64,000 nucleotides of DNA, taken from NCBI GenBank assembly GCA_025998755.1, contig AP024674.1, positions 1,104,162 through 1,168,161 of the forward strand, in the 5' to 3' direction. The stretch is from Armatimonadota bacterium. GTDB lineage: Bacteria; Armatimonadota; UBA5829; DSUL01. Positions 52,991 through 62,211 of the stretch are shown here, in pieces. A program made the translations under genes and the position numbers. The notes under the pieces were generated by a model, which did not search any database, was not told the DNA's origin, and was given only the letters and a program-made list of their open reading frames with translations. Within the stretch, counting starts at the first letter, position 1; each line of letters opens with the position of its first letter.

Positions 52991-55222
52991 TCACCTCCCT
53001 TCACCACAGGGCACCGGCTTCAGATACCGCAGGATGGGATCGCGTGGCCGGGGCCTGAACACGGAAACCGAATGTGGTCTGGCCCTCCGCAGCCATTTGG
53101 CGGTCAGGCCGGTCTCTTCCACCTCTGTGCGGAGTCTCTCGAACTCCTTCAGGTCATAGGGGACCAGCACATTGATGGCATCATCCGCTATCAGGCGGAA
53201 TTCTCTAGCCACGGTCTCGAAGTCCTGCCGTTTGATCGCGTCCTGCAGATCGGGGCAATGAGACTCGGGGCGGGAGAGATCGTAGAGCTCTCTAAAATAG
53301 CGCCGGAAAAGCTCCGGGTCATTCAGATCCAGACCATCAGGTCCCAGCCTGTTCAGCAGAGCCTCCGTTACTGCTGCCGCCTGCTGGTAACCTCCAGGCG
53401 GGTAAGCATTGTCCTCGGGCCGGAAGACTTCCACCACACCGCCGTCCCCAAGCAGTCCGTTACGGTTGCAGCGGCCTGCTGCCTGGGCAATGGATTCCAT
53501 TGGTCCCATGGCTCGAAAAACAATGGGGAAATCCAGATCCACGCCGGCTTCCACGCACTGCGTGGAGACCAGACGGCATTCGACTCTGCCGTTTTCCAGA
53601 GCCTGCTGCACCTCCTCGAGCACCTTCTGCCGGTGGGCAGGGCACAGATTGGTGGAAAGATGGCGGGCGTCTGCCGCCCCTGCTTCCCGCAAACGGCGCA
53701 CGAGCTCATAAGCGTGACGCTTGAGATTGACAACACAAAGCACCCGGGGATGCGCCTTGAGCTTGTCGGCCAACTCATCCCAACCAATGGCTGTCTGTCC
53801 GGGCCACCTGACGCGGGTACGCCGCAGTCGGTTGAACAGATTCAAGCGGGAAGGGGTGATCTCGACTGGTTGCCACCCACAGTTTCGGTCCTCCTGGACG
53901 TGTTCAGCCAGTGCCTCAAATGCGGGTTGAGTAGCGGTGGCCATAACAATGCTGGTGTTGTAGCCCGCTGTCAGTCTGGAAAGCGCCTTCAGGCTTGGAA
54001 TGGTCAGCGAGACCGGCAGGGTCTGAACTTCATCGAACAGAACAATGCTGGAAGCGATGCGATGGAGTTTCCGGCAGGCTCCCGGCCGGTTGGAGAATAG
54101 AGACTCCAGGAACTGGACACTCGTGGTGAGGATCACGGGAGCGTCCCAGTTCTCTGCAAGAAGCCGTTCGCGGCGGACCTTCTCGTCGACGGAGTCGGTC
54201 TCCTGCGCTTCCGCGGCGCGCGTCCCCGTCAGGGTATGGTGTTCAATGATATAGCCTTGGCCGAAAACGGGCTCCAGGATGCGCCGGTATACCGAAACAT
54301 TCTGGTCAATGATGCTCAGATAAGGCAACACGAAGATAAGCCTTCTGGACCCGGTACGGATGGCTAGCTTCAAAGCAAATGCCAGCATCGCCAGGGTTTT
54401 GCCGGATCCTGTCGGGGCCGTAAGGGTGAACACTCCTGCCGATGAAGCCCGATCGGCTGCTTCCAGACAGGCTGTCATCAGCTCCGCCCGGGCCCGTAGC
54501 ACCTCCGCATCGGCATTCGTGTTGCTTTGCAGATGCTCCACGTGCTGCAGGACCGCATCCAGCGCTCGTTCGGGCTGCAGGTCAGGCGCGTGTGGCCGTG
54601 CCTGGCCACACTTGAAATGGCGCTCGGTGTCCAGGAAGTCGGCGTCTACCAGGGCCGAAAAGAGCATCCGCACGTCCAGCATTGCGGAGACTGTCTGCTG
54701 GATTGAGCTGCCATAAATCGAAGGCGGTGAATAAGGCGGCAGCAAGCCGGCCGCTGTGAGGCACTCCAGCATCGCCGTTGTATCCGAGACAGACAGACGA
54801 GGCCCCTGCGGATGAGTCTGCTCCCATTTCGTGGGGTCCAGGCGGGCCAACGCATCCTTGCTGATCTCTTTAAGCCCCTGGTGGTGTCCCTGCACGGCTA
54901 CGGCCGCGGCAACACTGCGGAAGCGCTTCAAGGCCGCCCACGCGCCTGGTGACCAGTGATCAACCGCGGCGCTCTGTCCCTGCAGGCGTCGCTGAAAGGG
55001 TTCGCCGAGTTTGCCCGCATCGTGAAGGGCTGCCGCGAGACAAGCCTCTTCACCAGCGTTAAAGACCGAGGCAAACTGTGCCGCAAGCTCCGCAACGCCC
55101 TGGAGATGATCCTTTAGAGGCTGGGCGTGGCCGCAAGGATTCTGGCTGTGTGCGTAGCATTCCTGGAAATCTGTCAGCCCAGGTGTCAACGAGAAACCTC
55201 CTTGCGGGAAAGTTTGCCGCAA
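52991..55222 (-). CDS. cas3: Cas3 (HD nuclease plus DEAD/DEAH helicase)
   Basis: N-terminal HD motifs (CYAHSQNP…H…ALHDAGK). Walker A APTGSGKT. DEAH-like FDEVQ. True start may be the TTG near 55186, preceded by AGGAGG. Confidence 0.9.
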   Translation of the reverse strand: MRQTFPQGGFSLTPGLTDFQECYAHSQNPCGHAQPLKDHLQGVAELAAQFASVFNAGEEACLAAALHDAGKLGEPFQRRLQGQSAAVDHWSPGAWAALKRFRSVAAAVAVQGHHQGLKEISKDALARLDPTKWEQTHPQGPRLSVSDTTAMLECLTAAGLLPPYSPPSIYGSSIQQTVSAMLDVRMLFSALVDADFLDTERHFKCGQARPHAPDLQPERALDAVLQHVEHLQSNTNADAEVLRARAELMTACLEAADRASSAGVFTLTAPTGSGKTLAMLAFALKLAIRTGSRRLIFVLPYLSIIDQNVSVYRRILEPVFGQGYIIEHHTLTGTRAAEAQETDSVDEKVRRERLLAENWDAPVILTTSVQFLESLFSNRPGACRKLHRIASSIVLFDEVQTLPVSLTIPSLKALSRLTAGYNTSIVMATATQPAFEALAEHVQEDRNCGWQPVEITPSRLNLFNRLRRTRVRWPGQTAIGWDELADKLKAHPRVLCVVNLKRHAYELVRRLREAGAADARHLSTNLCPAHRQKVLEEVQQALENGRVECRLVSTQCVEAGVDLDFPIVFRAMGPMESIAQAAGRCNRNGLLGDGGVVEVFRPEDNAYPPGGYQQAAAVTEALLNRLGPDGLDLNDPELFRRYFRELYDLSRPESHCPDLQDAIKRQDFETVAREFRLIADDAINVLVPYDLKEFERLRTEVEETGLTAKWLRRARPHSVSVFRPRPRDPILRYLKPVPCGEGR

Positions 55223-55313
55223 TGTCTTTTCCTTCCTTCCTGCCTGACTGTGCCCCGGTGCGCCTCTTTTTGGGCGAGTTTACACGTAGACTAACTTCAA
55301 GGGATGTCAAAAA

Positions 55314-55328
55314 CTGTCAGTCTGACAG
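55314..55328. promoter_or_regulatory. 15-bp perfect palindrome CTGTCAGTCTGACAG upstream of cas3
   Basis: Perfect dyad symmetry ~90 nt upstream of the cas3 start. Followed by AATATTTTTTGAC. Candidate operator or bidirectional terminator. Confidence 0.3.
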
Positions 55329-55815
55329 AATATTTTTTGACTATTGAGGCCGCGGGAGCCGTGTACGCGGAAGGAGGGCGGACCACGAAGCCTTACGGGT
55401 AAGGAAGGAAGGCGGCCTTCCCACAGGGAAATTCCCTCACTGGAAAGCAGGCTCGCCGGGTGATGTATCAGCAGAATCACCTGCCGGGAGAGGCCGAGCC
55501 GGACGAACGCTCGTTGCGGAGGGGAGTGGCACGCGTTCGAAGGGTTGCAAACTTCACCTGTTCCAAGCAACGACGGGATGCTGAATGCAGGGAAGAACCT
55601 TTCGCCGGCCATACCGATAACTGGCATTAGAGGCAGGCTGCCCGATGTGGGAGACAGACGGGTGGCGAGATCCAAACGGCGGCGAGCTTGCTGCTCCGAT
55701 AAAACGGCTTGGCTGTTGAATCCTGCGGAATGTCTAAGACAGCCCTGATTAACAGCGTGAGCGGTTATTTAGCGCATCTGCGGAAGGCTATCAAGAGAAA
55801 GGATGGCTCGCCGAA

Positions 55816-56166
55816 GTGATTCGCCAGGAGCAACCGGAGATTTCGCAAAATGTAGGCATCTACTGCACTGCCCACGCCATTCGGCGTTATCGCGAGCGGG
55901 TCAGTCGTGTGCCGCTGACGCCGGAACAGGCCAGGCGCGAAATTGAAGAGGCTATGCGACGGCCGCTGTTCGCCCGCGAGCTTCGACCGTCCGGCCTGGT
56001 GCTTTGGGGATGTCGCAACGCCCATGGATTCTGCTTTACGGCGGCCACGCCTCCTCTGGATCGGCATCCGGGCTGGCTCGTCGTCCAGACGGTCGGGCCG
56101 TGGTGGCACTGGCACGAAGTGAAACGGCTATGGCGCGAGGAACGTCGCCGCGTGAAGCAAAAATGA
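55816..56166 (+). CDS. hypothetical protein (weak DUF4258-like H…R..ER pattern)
   Basis: 116-aa ORF between cas3 and the array-2 leader (…YCTAHAIRRYRERVSRVPLTPEQARREIEE…). No confident family. Confidence 0.3.
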   Translation: MIRQEQPEISQNVGIYCTAHAIRRYRERVSRVPLTPEQARREIEEAMRRPLFARELRPSGLVLWGCRNAHGFCFTAATPPLDRHPGWLVVQTVGPWWHWHEVKRLWREERRRVKQK

Positions 56167-56289
56167 CGGGGAGGCCGCGGAATAGGAAACTTATCTTCGG
56201 ATGGCTACTGCCACACGCCTGGTTTTGCCAACAGGCATGTTTGCCGGGCTCCAGGCCGGCCGAACTCCTCTCTGTCGAGGGCGCTGTCC

Positions 56290-56507
56290 CTGAACCGGAA
56301 GAGCCCATCTGCGCCGGGATTGGGATCTGCGCGGATCGGTAGTGAGGGCGTCTCACGAAGGAGGTCCGCGCACGATTTCGGGGCTTTTCACGCTCGGCAG
56401 TAGGAAGAAGCTGCAAAAATCATGGGAGAGGGGAGGAATTGACGGGAGGAGCCGAGAAGTGCCAATTTGAGCTCGGGAAGGGCCTATCGGGGCGCTTCTC
56501 AGGGTGG
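56290..56507 (+). promoter_or_regulatory. CRISPR leader of array 2
   Basis: Contains a block homologous to the array-1 leader in inverted orientation. Immediately precedes the first repeat. Confidence 0.5.
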
Positions 56508-59500
56508 GTTGCACCGGCCTTTCGAGGCCGGTGAGGATTGAAACAGCGACTCCGCAGCGGAGCCTGCAGCCTGCGTTGCACCGGCCTTTCGAGGCCGGTG
56601 AGGATTGAAACCGCCCAGGCCGGCACCTGCGCATGCCGTCTGTTGCACCGGCCTTTCGAGGCCGGTGAGGATTGAAACTCGACCGGCGGTACAATGCCGT
56701 CCGCTACTGTTGCACCGGCCTTTCGAGGCCGGTGAGGATTGAAACTGGCGCTGGTGCCGGGATGCAGTCTACCGAGACTGGTTGCACCGGCCTTTCGAGG
56801 CCGGTGAGGATTGAAACATCGCACCGCCGACCCACCGCCCGGCGGCGTGGTACAGTTGCACCGGCCTTTCGAGGCCGGTGAGGATTGAAACGCCCTACTT
56901 CCCCATCATCGTACGCCCGTAGTCGTTGCACCGGCCTTTCGAGGCCGGTGAGGATTGAAACGTGCAAATTTCGCGCTACCGACACAGGAGTGTTGCACCG
57001 GCCTTTCGAGGCCGGTGAGGATTGAAACCAAACGTGACAGGATATTGCGATGTCGTCACCGCTCGTTGCACCGGCCTTTCGAGGCCGGTGAGGATTGAAA
57101 CATCTATCCGCCCCTGCGGACGGGGAGCACACAGTTGCACCGGCCTTTCGAGGCCGGTGAGGATTGAAACTGACGCAGTATGGGTTAGCGTCAGCCGGGC
57201 TGTAGTGTTGCACCGGCCTTTCGAGGCCGGTGAGGATTGAAACATGCTGCGTCCGCGGATATGTCCGGCGGACCAGTGTCGTTGCACCGGCCTTTCGAGG
57301 CCGGTGAGGATTGAAACCTGCGGCCGCCGCTCATCCGCAGGATGCCGCCACCAGGTTGCACCGGCCTTTCGAGGCCGGTGAGGATTGAAACAGCTTACGG
57401 CCGCGTGGCAACTCGGGCCACGCGTAGTTGCACCGGCCTTTCGAGGCCGGTGAGGATTGAAACCCCTCCAACCTGATCCGCACCTTCCGCGATGCCGGAT
57501 GTTGCACCGGCCTTTCGAGGCCGGTGAGGATTGAAACCTGTAGTCGCCAGCAGCGCCTGGTGGCGTGTAACGCGTTGCACCGGCCTTTCGAGGCCGGTGA
57601 GGATTGAAACCCGTAGGGGGGCCGCGCCACCCTACGGCTGGCAGGTTGCACCGGCCTTTCGAGGCCGGTGAGGATTGAAACATAGCAGGGGGGCGCATTA
57701 AGGCGCGCGATGTGGTAGTTGCACCGGCCTTTCGAGGCCGGTGAGGATTGAAACGTTCCATCCGCCCGTTGAACCGTGAACGTGTGCTGGTTGCACCGGC
57801 CTTTCGAGGCCGGTGAGGATTGAAACCAGAGTACCTCGAGACTTTGGACGAATATTAATACTGCGCGTTGCACCGGCCTTTCGAGGCCGGTGAGGATTGA
57901 AACTCAATGCACGGGCGATCAGTTTCTCGGGCCGCTGCATGTTGCACCGGCCTTTCGAGGCCGGTGAGGATTGAAACACGTCGGCGTTCGCCTGTGGCTG
58001 GCCGCCGGACTGGTTGCACCGGCCTTTCGAGGCCGGTGAGGATTGAAACAGGAAGCTTCCGCAATCCTAAATTCGCGGGCTACGTGGTTGCACCGGCCTT
58101 TCGAGGCCGGTGAGGATTGAAACGCTGCATGCGCTGCTGATGGAGCGGCTGCGGATGAGTTGCACCGGCCTTTCGAGGCCGGTGAGGATTGAAACTAGAA
58201 TTTTTCGGGGAGACGGTCGACCAGACGAAGTTGCACCGGCCTTTCGAGGCCGGTGAGGATTGAAACCCATCCTCCCGCCACGGCTCTTCCGGCCAGTCGT
58301 TGCACCGGCCTTTCGAGGCCGGTGAGGATTGAAACACCGTTTCCGCTTCGTTGAAGCCGTCCATCAGGTGTTGCACCGGCCTTTCGAGGCCGGTGAGGAT
58401 TGAAACATGCCGATACTCGCTCCGCTCGCCTGTCCGGTATGTTGCACCGGCCTTTCGAGGCCGGTGAGGATTGAAACAGTTCTACCATTGGTACTCCTCC
58501 TCTACCGGTCAGGTTGCACCGGCCTTTCGAGGCCGGTGAGGATTGAAACTGGCGGTAATGCGGCGGTGAATGCGTGGCCGACGATGTTGCACCGGCCTTT
58601 CGAGGCCGGTGAGGATTGAAACCTTTGACGTCGGCGCGGATCATCGCCGCCGCGACGTTGCACCGGCCTTTCGAGGCCGGTGAGGATTGAAACCAGCTGG
58701 GAATGGCAGCCGCCAGGCCCAGCCGGTTCGTTGCACCGGCCTTTCGAGGCCGGTGAGGATTGAAACACGCCTCCGGGTTTCGTGGCATCCCCCAATGTGC
58801 GGTTGCACCGGCCTTTCGAGGCCGGTGAGGATTGAAACCTGGATCGCTGGGCGCGGATGGAAACTGGAGTCCGGGGTTGCACCGGCCTTTCGAGGCCGGT
58901 GAGGATTGAAACAGCTTTATCTCGATCGGCGATCATGATTCGACGCAATTGTTGCACCGGCCTTTCGAGGCCGGTGAGGATTGAAACGAGGATTCCACAC
59001 AGAAGGTATAGGTCGTGCGGACCGTTGCACCGGCCTTTCGAGGCCGGTGAGGATTGAAACAGCGCACCGCCTGGAACGGTATGCTGAGGCCATCCCAGTT
59101 GCACCGGCCTTTCGAGGCCGGTGAGGATTGAAACGCGCTGTAGAGCTCGTCCCAGGAGCTCTCCGTCACCTGTTGCACCGGCCTTTCGAGGCCGGTGAGG
59201 ATTGAAACAAGCGAATAGTGTAAAATGTAGCAGCAGACCCACGTTGCACCGGCCTTTCGAGGCCGGTGAGGATTGAAACGCAGTGGGCTTCGACGCGCGC
59301 GCGGATGTAGAGTCCACCGTTGCACCGGCCTTTCGAGGCCGGTGAGGATTGAAACCCTCCCTCCGGAGAAGGGAGTTGACTACCTCCAGGTTGCACCGGC
59401 CTTTCGAGGCCGGTGAGGATTGAAACCGTGCGCCTTGCGGATCGCCGCCTGCGCGCGTTCGTTGCACCGGCCTTTCGAGGCCGGTGAGGATTGAAACTGA

Positions 59501-59714
59501 AGGGCAGGTGAATCCTACTGGGCGGTATGTTGCGTTGCACCGGCCTTTCGAGGCCGGTGAGGATTGAAACTCGAACTGCTGGGCGCGGAAGAGGAGGATG
59601 TCGAGGTTGCACCGGCCTTTCGAGGCCGGTGAGGATTGAAACTTCACCTCCTGTGGCAGTGGCGTGCGGGACGTTTCGTTGCACCGGCCTTTCGAGGCCG
59701 GTGAGGATTGAAAC
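56508..59714 (+). CRISPR. CRISPR array 2 (45 repeats, 44 spacers)
   Basis: 37-nt repeat GTTGCACCGGCCTTTCGAGGCCGGTGAGGATTGAAAC. An 8-bp stem CACCGGCC/GGCCGGTG is followed by an 11-nt tail ending ATTGAAAC, which is typical for type I-C. Spacers are 32-37 nt. All 45 repeats enumerated by eye. Confidence 0.95.
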
Positions 59715-59809
59715 CGGACTGAAGATCTGACAGAAAAGCAGCATATACCGCTTGGGGATAGGCTGGATTCCTGCTTGATGAGCATTGCCGACAAAGACGG
59801 GGTTTAATT

Positions 59810-60586
59810 GTGGTTAACAACTCCGAACGCGACCCTAAGCACACCGCGGCTAACATGAAAGCACGTACGGTGCTGTACACTGGCATTTTGGCCTGCGTGG
59901 TTCTCATTATTGCACGGCCATTTGTCAAAGAGGTTGCTAAAGTCGAGCCTTACTCGGACAGTATTGCACCGACTTACAGCGCAAAAGGTCCATTACCGGC
60001 CACAACCCGATACGATGTGACCTTCAACTACATTGATACTCCCGTCACGCTCAAAGTCCGGGACGGCTCTGTGGACTTCATGGGCATTAAAAGGCCTGCG
60101 GTCGGAATGACGACTATAAAGAAAATAAAAGCGTATCAACCAGGCAGCTACGATGTTGAATATGTGCTGAATCTGTATGGTGATGGTACAGCCATTGTTC
60201 AGTGCGCAGTGCTTGATAAAAAACTGAAAAAGCTCGACACCTTGCAGGTCATTTTTGGCGTGTTTTCCAACTTTGGCATTTCCGAAGACTATACTGTGGA
60301 CATGAAAGTGGCCGGTGGGCGTCTTACGGCGTGGTATGACGTTGAGCCGAAAGACGCCGAAGTTGATTTGGACGCCCCTCAACCCAAACAGTTTACTGTC
60401 TGCTACCAGTTTGAATACAAGCATAACAACGGCAGCCAGATATCCGCGATTTGCGACATGACAACAGGGATGAACCCGTTTGTTTTGGACAGGCCGTCCA
60501 TCAAATTGTACTGTCAGAGGAATATACCATACCAGCTGGTGCGCTTTTACGAGACACTGGATGTAAAGGAGCTTGTGTATAAGTAA
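59810..60586 (+). CDS. hypothetical membrane-anchored protein in low-GC insertion
   Basis: 258-aa ORF in a markedly AT-richer segment. N-terminal TM anchor TVLYTGILACVVLIIARPF. No recognisable domain. Confidence 0.4.
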   Translation: MVNNSERDPKHTAANMKARTVLYTGILACVVLIIARPFVKEVAKVEPYSDSIAPTYSAKGPLPATTRYDVTFNYIDTPVTLKVRDGSVDFMGIKRPAVGMTTIKKIKAYQPGSYDVEYVLNLYGDGTAIVQCAVLDKKLKKLDTLQVIFGVFSNFGISEDYTVDMKVAGGRLTAWYDVEPKDAEVDLDAPQPKQFTVCYQFEYKHNNGSQISAICDMTTGMNPFVLDRPSIKLYCQRNIPYQLVRFYETLDVKELVYK

Positions 60587-61046
60587 TCCATGCATTTGAG
60601 GTTTTTTAAAAATCGGGGTGCTTTATCAGGAACTGCAAGGTTGGTAACGCTCCTCCTTTTGCTTTCTGCCATTAATATTGCGAGATCACCGGAATTGGCC
60701 AATGACATAGACCCTTTTTAGAGAAAGAAATCCGTATGGCATTGGATTCATCAAGACATCAGGCAGAATTGGATGCTGTCTGTGCTGTGCAGCATCCATG
60801 ATAACGGATCTAATGCAACCTTACCCTGAGGGGTTTGTGGCAACCCCTGATGTCTTGAAATGCTGGCTGGTGGAAGGCAGGGCATACGCAAGTAAAACTC
60901 TTGTTGACCACAATGCAGTGTGCTTTGAGGTAAAGAAGCGTCTGGCTTTTTCAGGAGCTCCTTTCAGAGTGGCTTAGCGCTGTAACCTGGGTGTAAGTGC
61001 TGGCATATTCTTCGTAGTCAAATCGCCGCGGCAGGCGTATTGTATC

Positions 61047-61081
61047 GTTGCACCTGCCTTTGGAGGCCGGTGAGGATTGAC
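61047..61081 (+). repeat. orphan degenerate CRISPR repeat
   Basis: gttgcacctgcctttggaggccggtgaggattgac. Differs from the consensus repeat at 2 positions and lacks 2 nt of the 3' end. Lies 1.33 kb beyond the last full repeat of array 2. Confidence 0.6.
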
Positions 61082-61254
61082 AGTCAAATGGCCGCCCTGG
61101 CCTGGGAGGCCACCGGGGCGAGCGCCAGGTGGCGTTACGCAGCCGGGCTGGGATAGCGAATCCTTTGGGGCGTCTGGGGATACTGCAGGGGGAGAAGGAA
61201 AAACCCGAGAACGCCACGGAGAAGGTGGTATAATGCGTACGGAGGGCCACAAAA

Positions 61255-61860
61255 ATGAAGATGACTCCAAGGGAACAGACGGTTCTGCAGCATCTGAGGC
61301 GGAATTGCCCGAAGATGTACAAGGAGATGAAACAGGACGGGAGTCTGATGGAGTTCGTCCGGGAGAGGGCGAGGATAATGGACGAGACGAAGGAGACTCT
61401 GATAAAACAGGGTCTGGAACCGGCGTGGGCGGAGGAAGCGATACTGGAGGAACTTCTTCCGCGGACGGAGTGCTATCCACTTCCGTAGACTCCGAGAAAA
61501 TCAAGCCCAAGACAAACACCCCCGGCGCACTGCCCGGGGGTGTTTCGCCTTCGGACCAAAACGTCCGGTCGCAGGAGCTACCCACAAACTACTATGATCT
61601 GGTACTCTCCAACGTCCCGTTTGGCGATTATCCCGTTTTCGACCCCTGGCTGGTCGAGGCCACCGGCAACCCGAGGCTAAACAAGCGCATACACAACTAT
61701 TTCTTCGCGAAAGCGCTGCAGCACGTGCGGCCCGGAGGGATTGTGGCGTTTATCACCTCGGTCGGCACGCTGAACGCCCGCGACGCCGTGGCCATGGACC
61801 TGCGCAGGCATATCGCCTCGCAGGCGGACCTAATGGCGGCGTTTCGCCTGCCGCAGCGGG
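61255..61860 (+). pseudogene. frameshifted remnant of an N6-adenine DNA methyltransferase-like gene
   Basis: One frame gives a plausible N-terminal peptide (MKMTPREQTVLQHLRRNCPKMYKEM…, 61255-61488). A second frame gives methyltransferase motif IV-like LVLSNVPFGDYPV and …VRPGGIVAFITS… (about 61540-61860). No single intact ORF. The long acidic low-complexity stretch in ORF 61077..62102 is probably out-of-frame read-through. Confidence 0.35.
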
Positions 61861-62061
61861 TCGGCCAATCTGTATCTGGCTTGGGCGTTCCTGACGCTCT
61901 ATGTCATCGTGCTGGCGTTCCGCTTTCTGGCCCGGTTCCGCCACGGGGCGTGGCGGGAGGTGAGGGTCATCGGCGCAGCGCAGACGCCAGGGCAGGCGCC
62001 TCAGCAGGCGGCTGCGGGAGGCTGACGATACCCCGGGAAGCGGAAAGGGAAGACAGAAAAA

Positions 62062-62133
62062 TGGGCCCACCCGGATTCGAACCAGGGACCAAACGGTTAT
62101 GAGCCGTCCGCTCTACCGCTGAGCTATGGGCCC
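62062..62133 (-). tRNA. tRNA-Met (anticodon CAT)
   Basis: Reverse complement reads GGGCCCATAGCTCAGCGGTAGAGCGGACGGCTCATAACCGTTTGGTCCCTGGTTCGAATCCGGGTGGGCCCA. Acceptor GGGCCCA/TGGGCCC. Anticodon loop CTCATAA. T-loop TTCGAAT. Confidence 0.8.
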
Positions 62134-62211
62134 GCGCAAGGATTGTAGCACAAAGGGCGCGCAGACGGCCCCGCCCGCCCCACCCCCGGCAGGAACACAG
62201 CGAACCTGTGG

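Noticed and set aside
56353-59794. ORFs 56976..57761, 57331..57873, 58195..58788, 58502..59794 and others across array 2
   Set aside because: Same artefact. Repeat-derived peptides (FQSSPASKGRCN etc.) recur every ~71 nt.
61077-62102. 341-aa ORF spanning the methyltransferase relic and running into the tRNA-Met gene
   Set aside because: The N-terminal third is acidic low-complexity read-through in the wrong frame. The 3' end overlaps the tRNA. Only a motif-IV fragment looks genuine.
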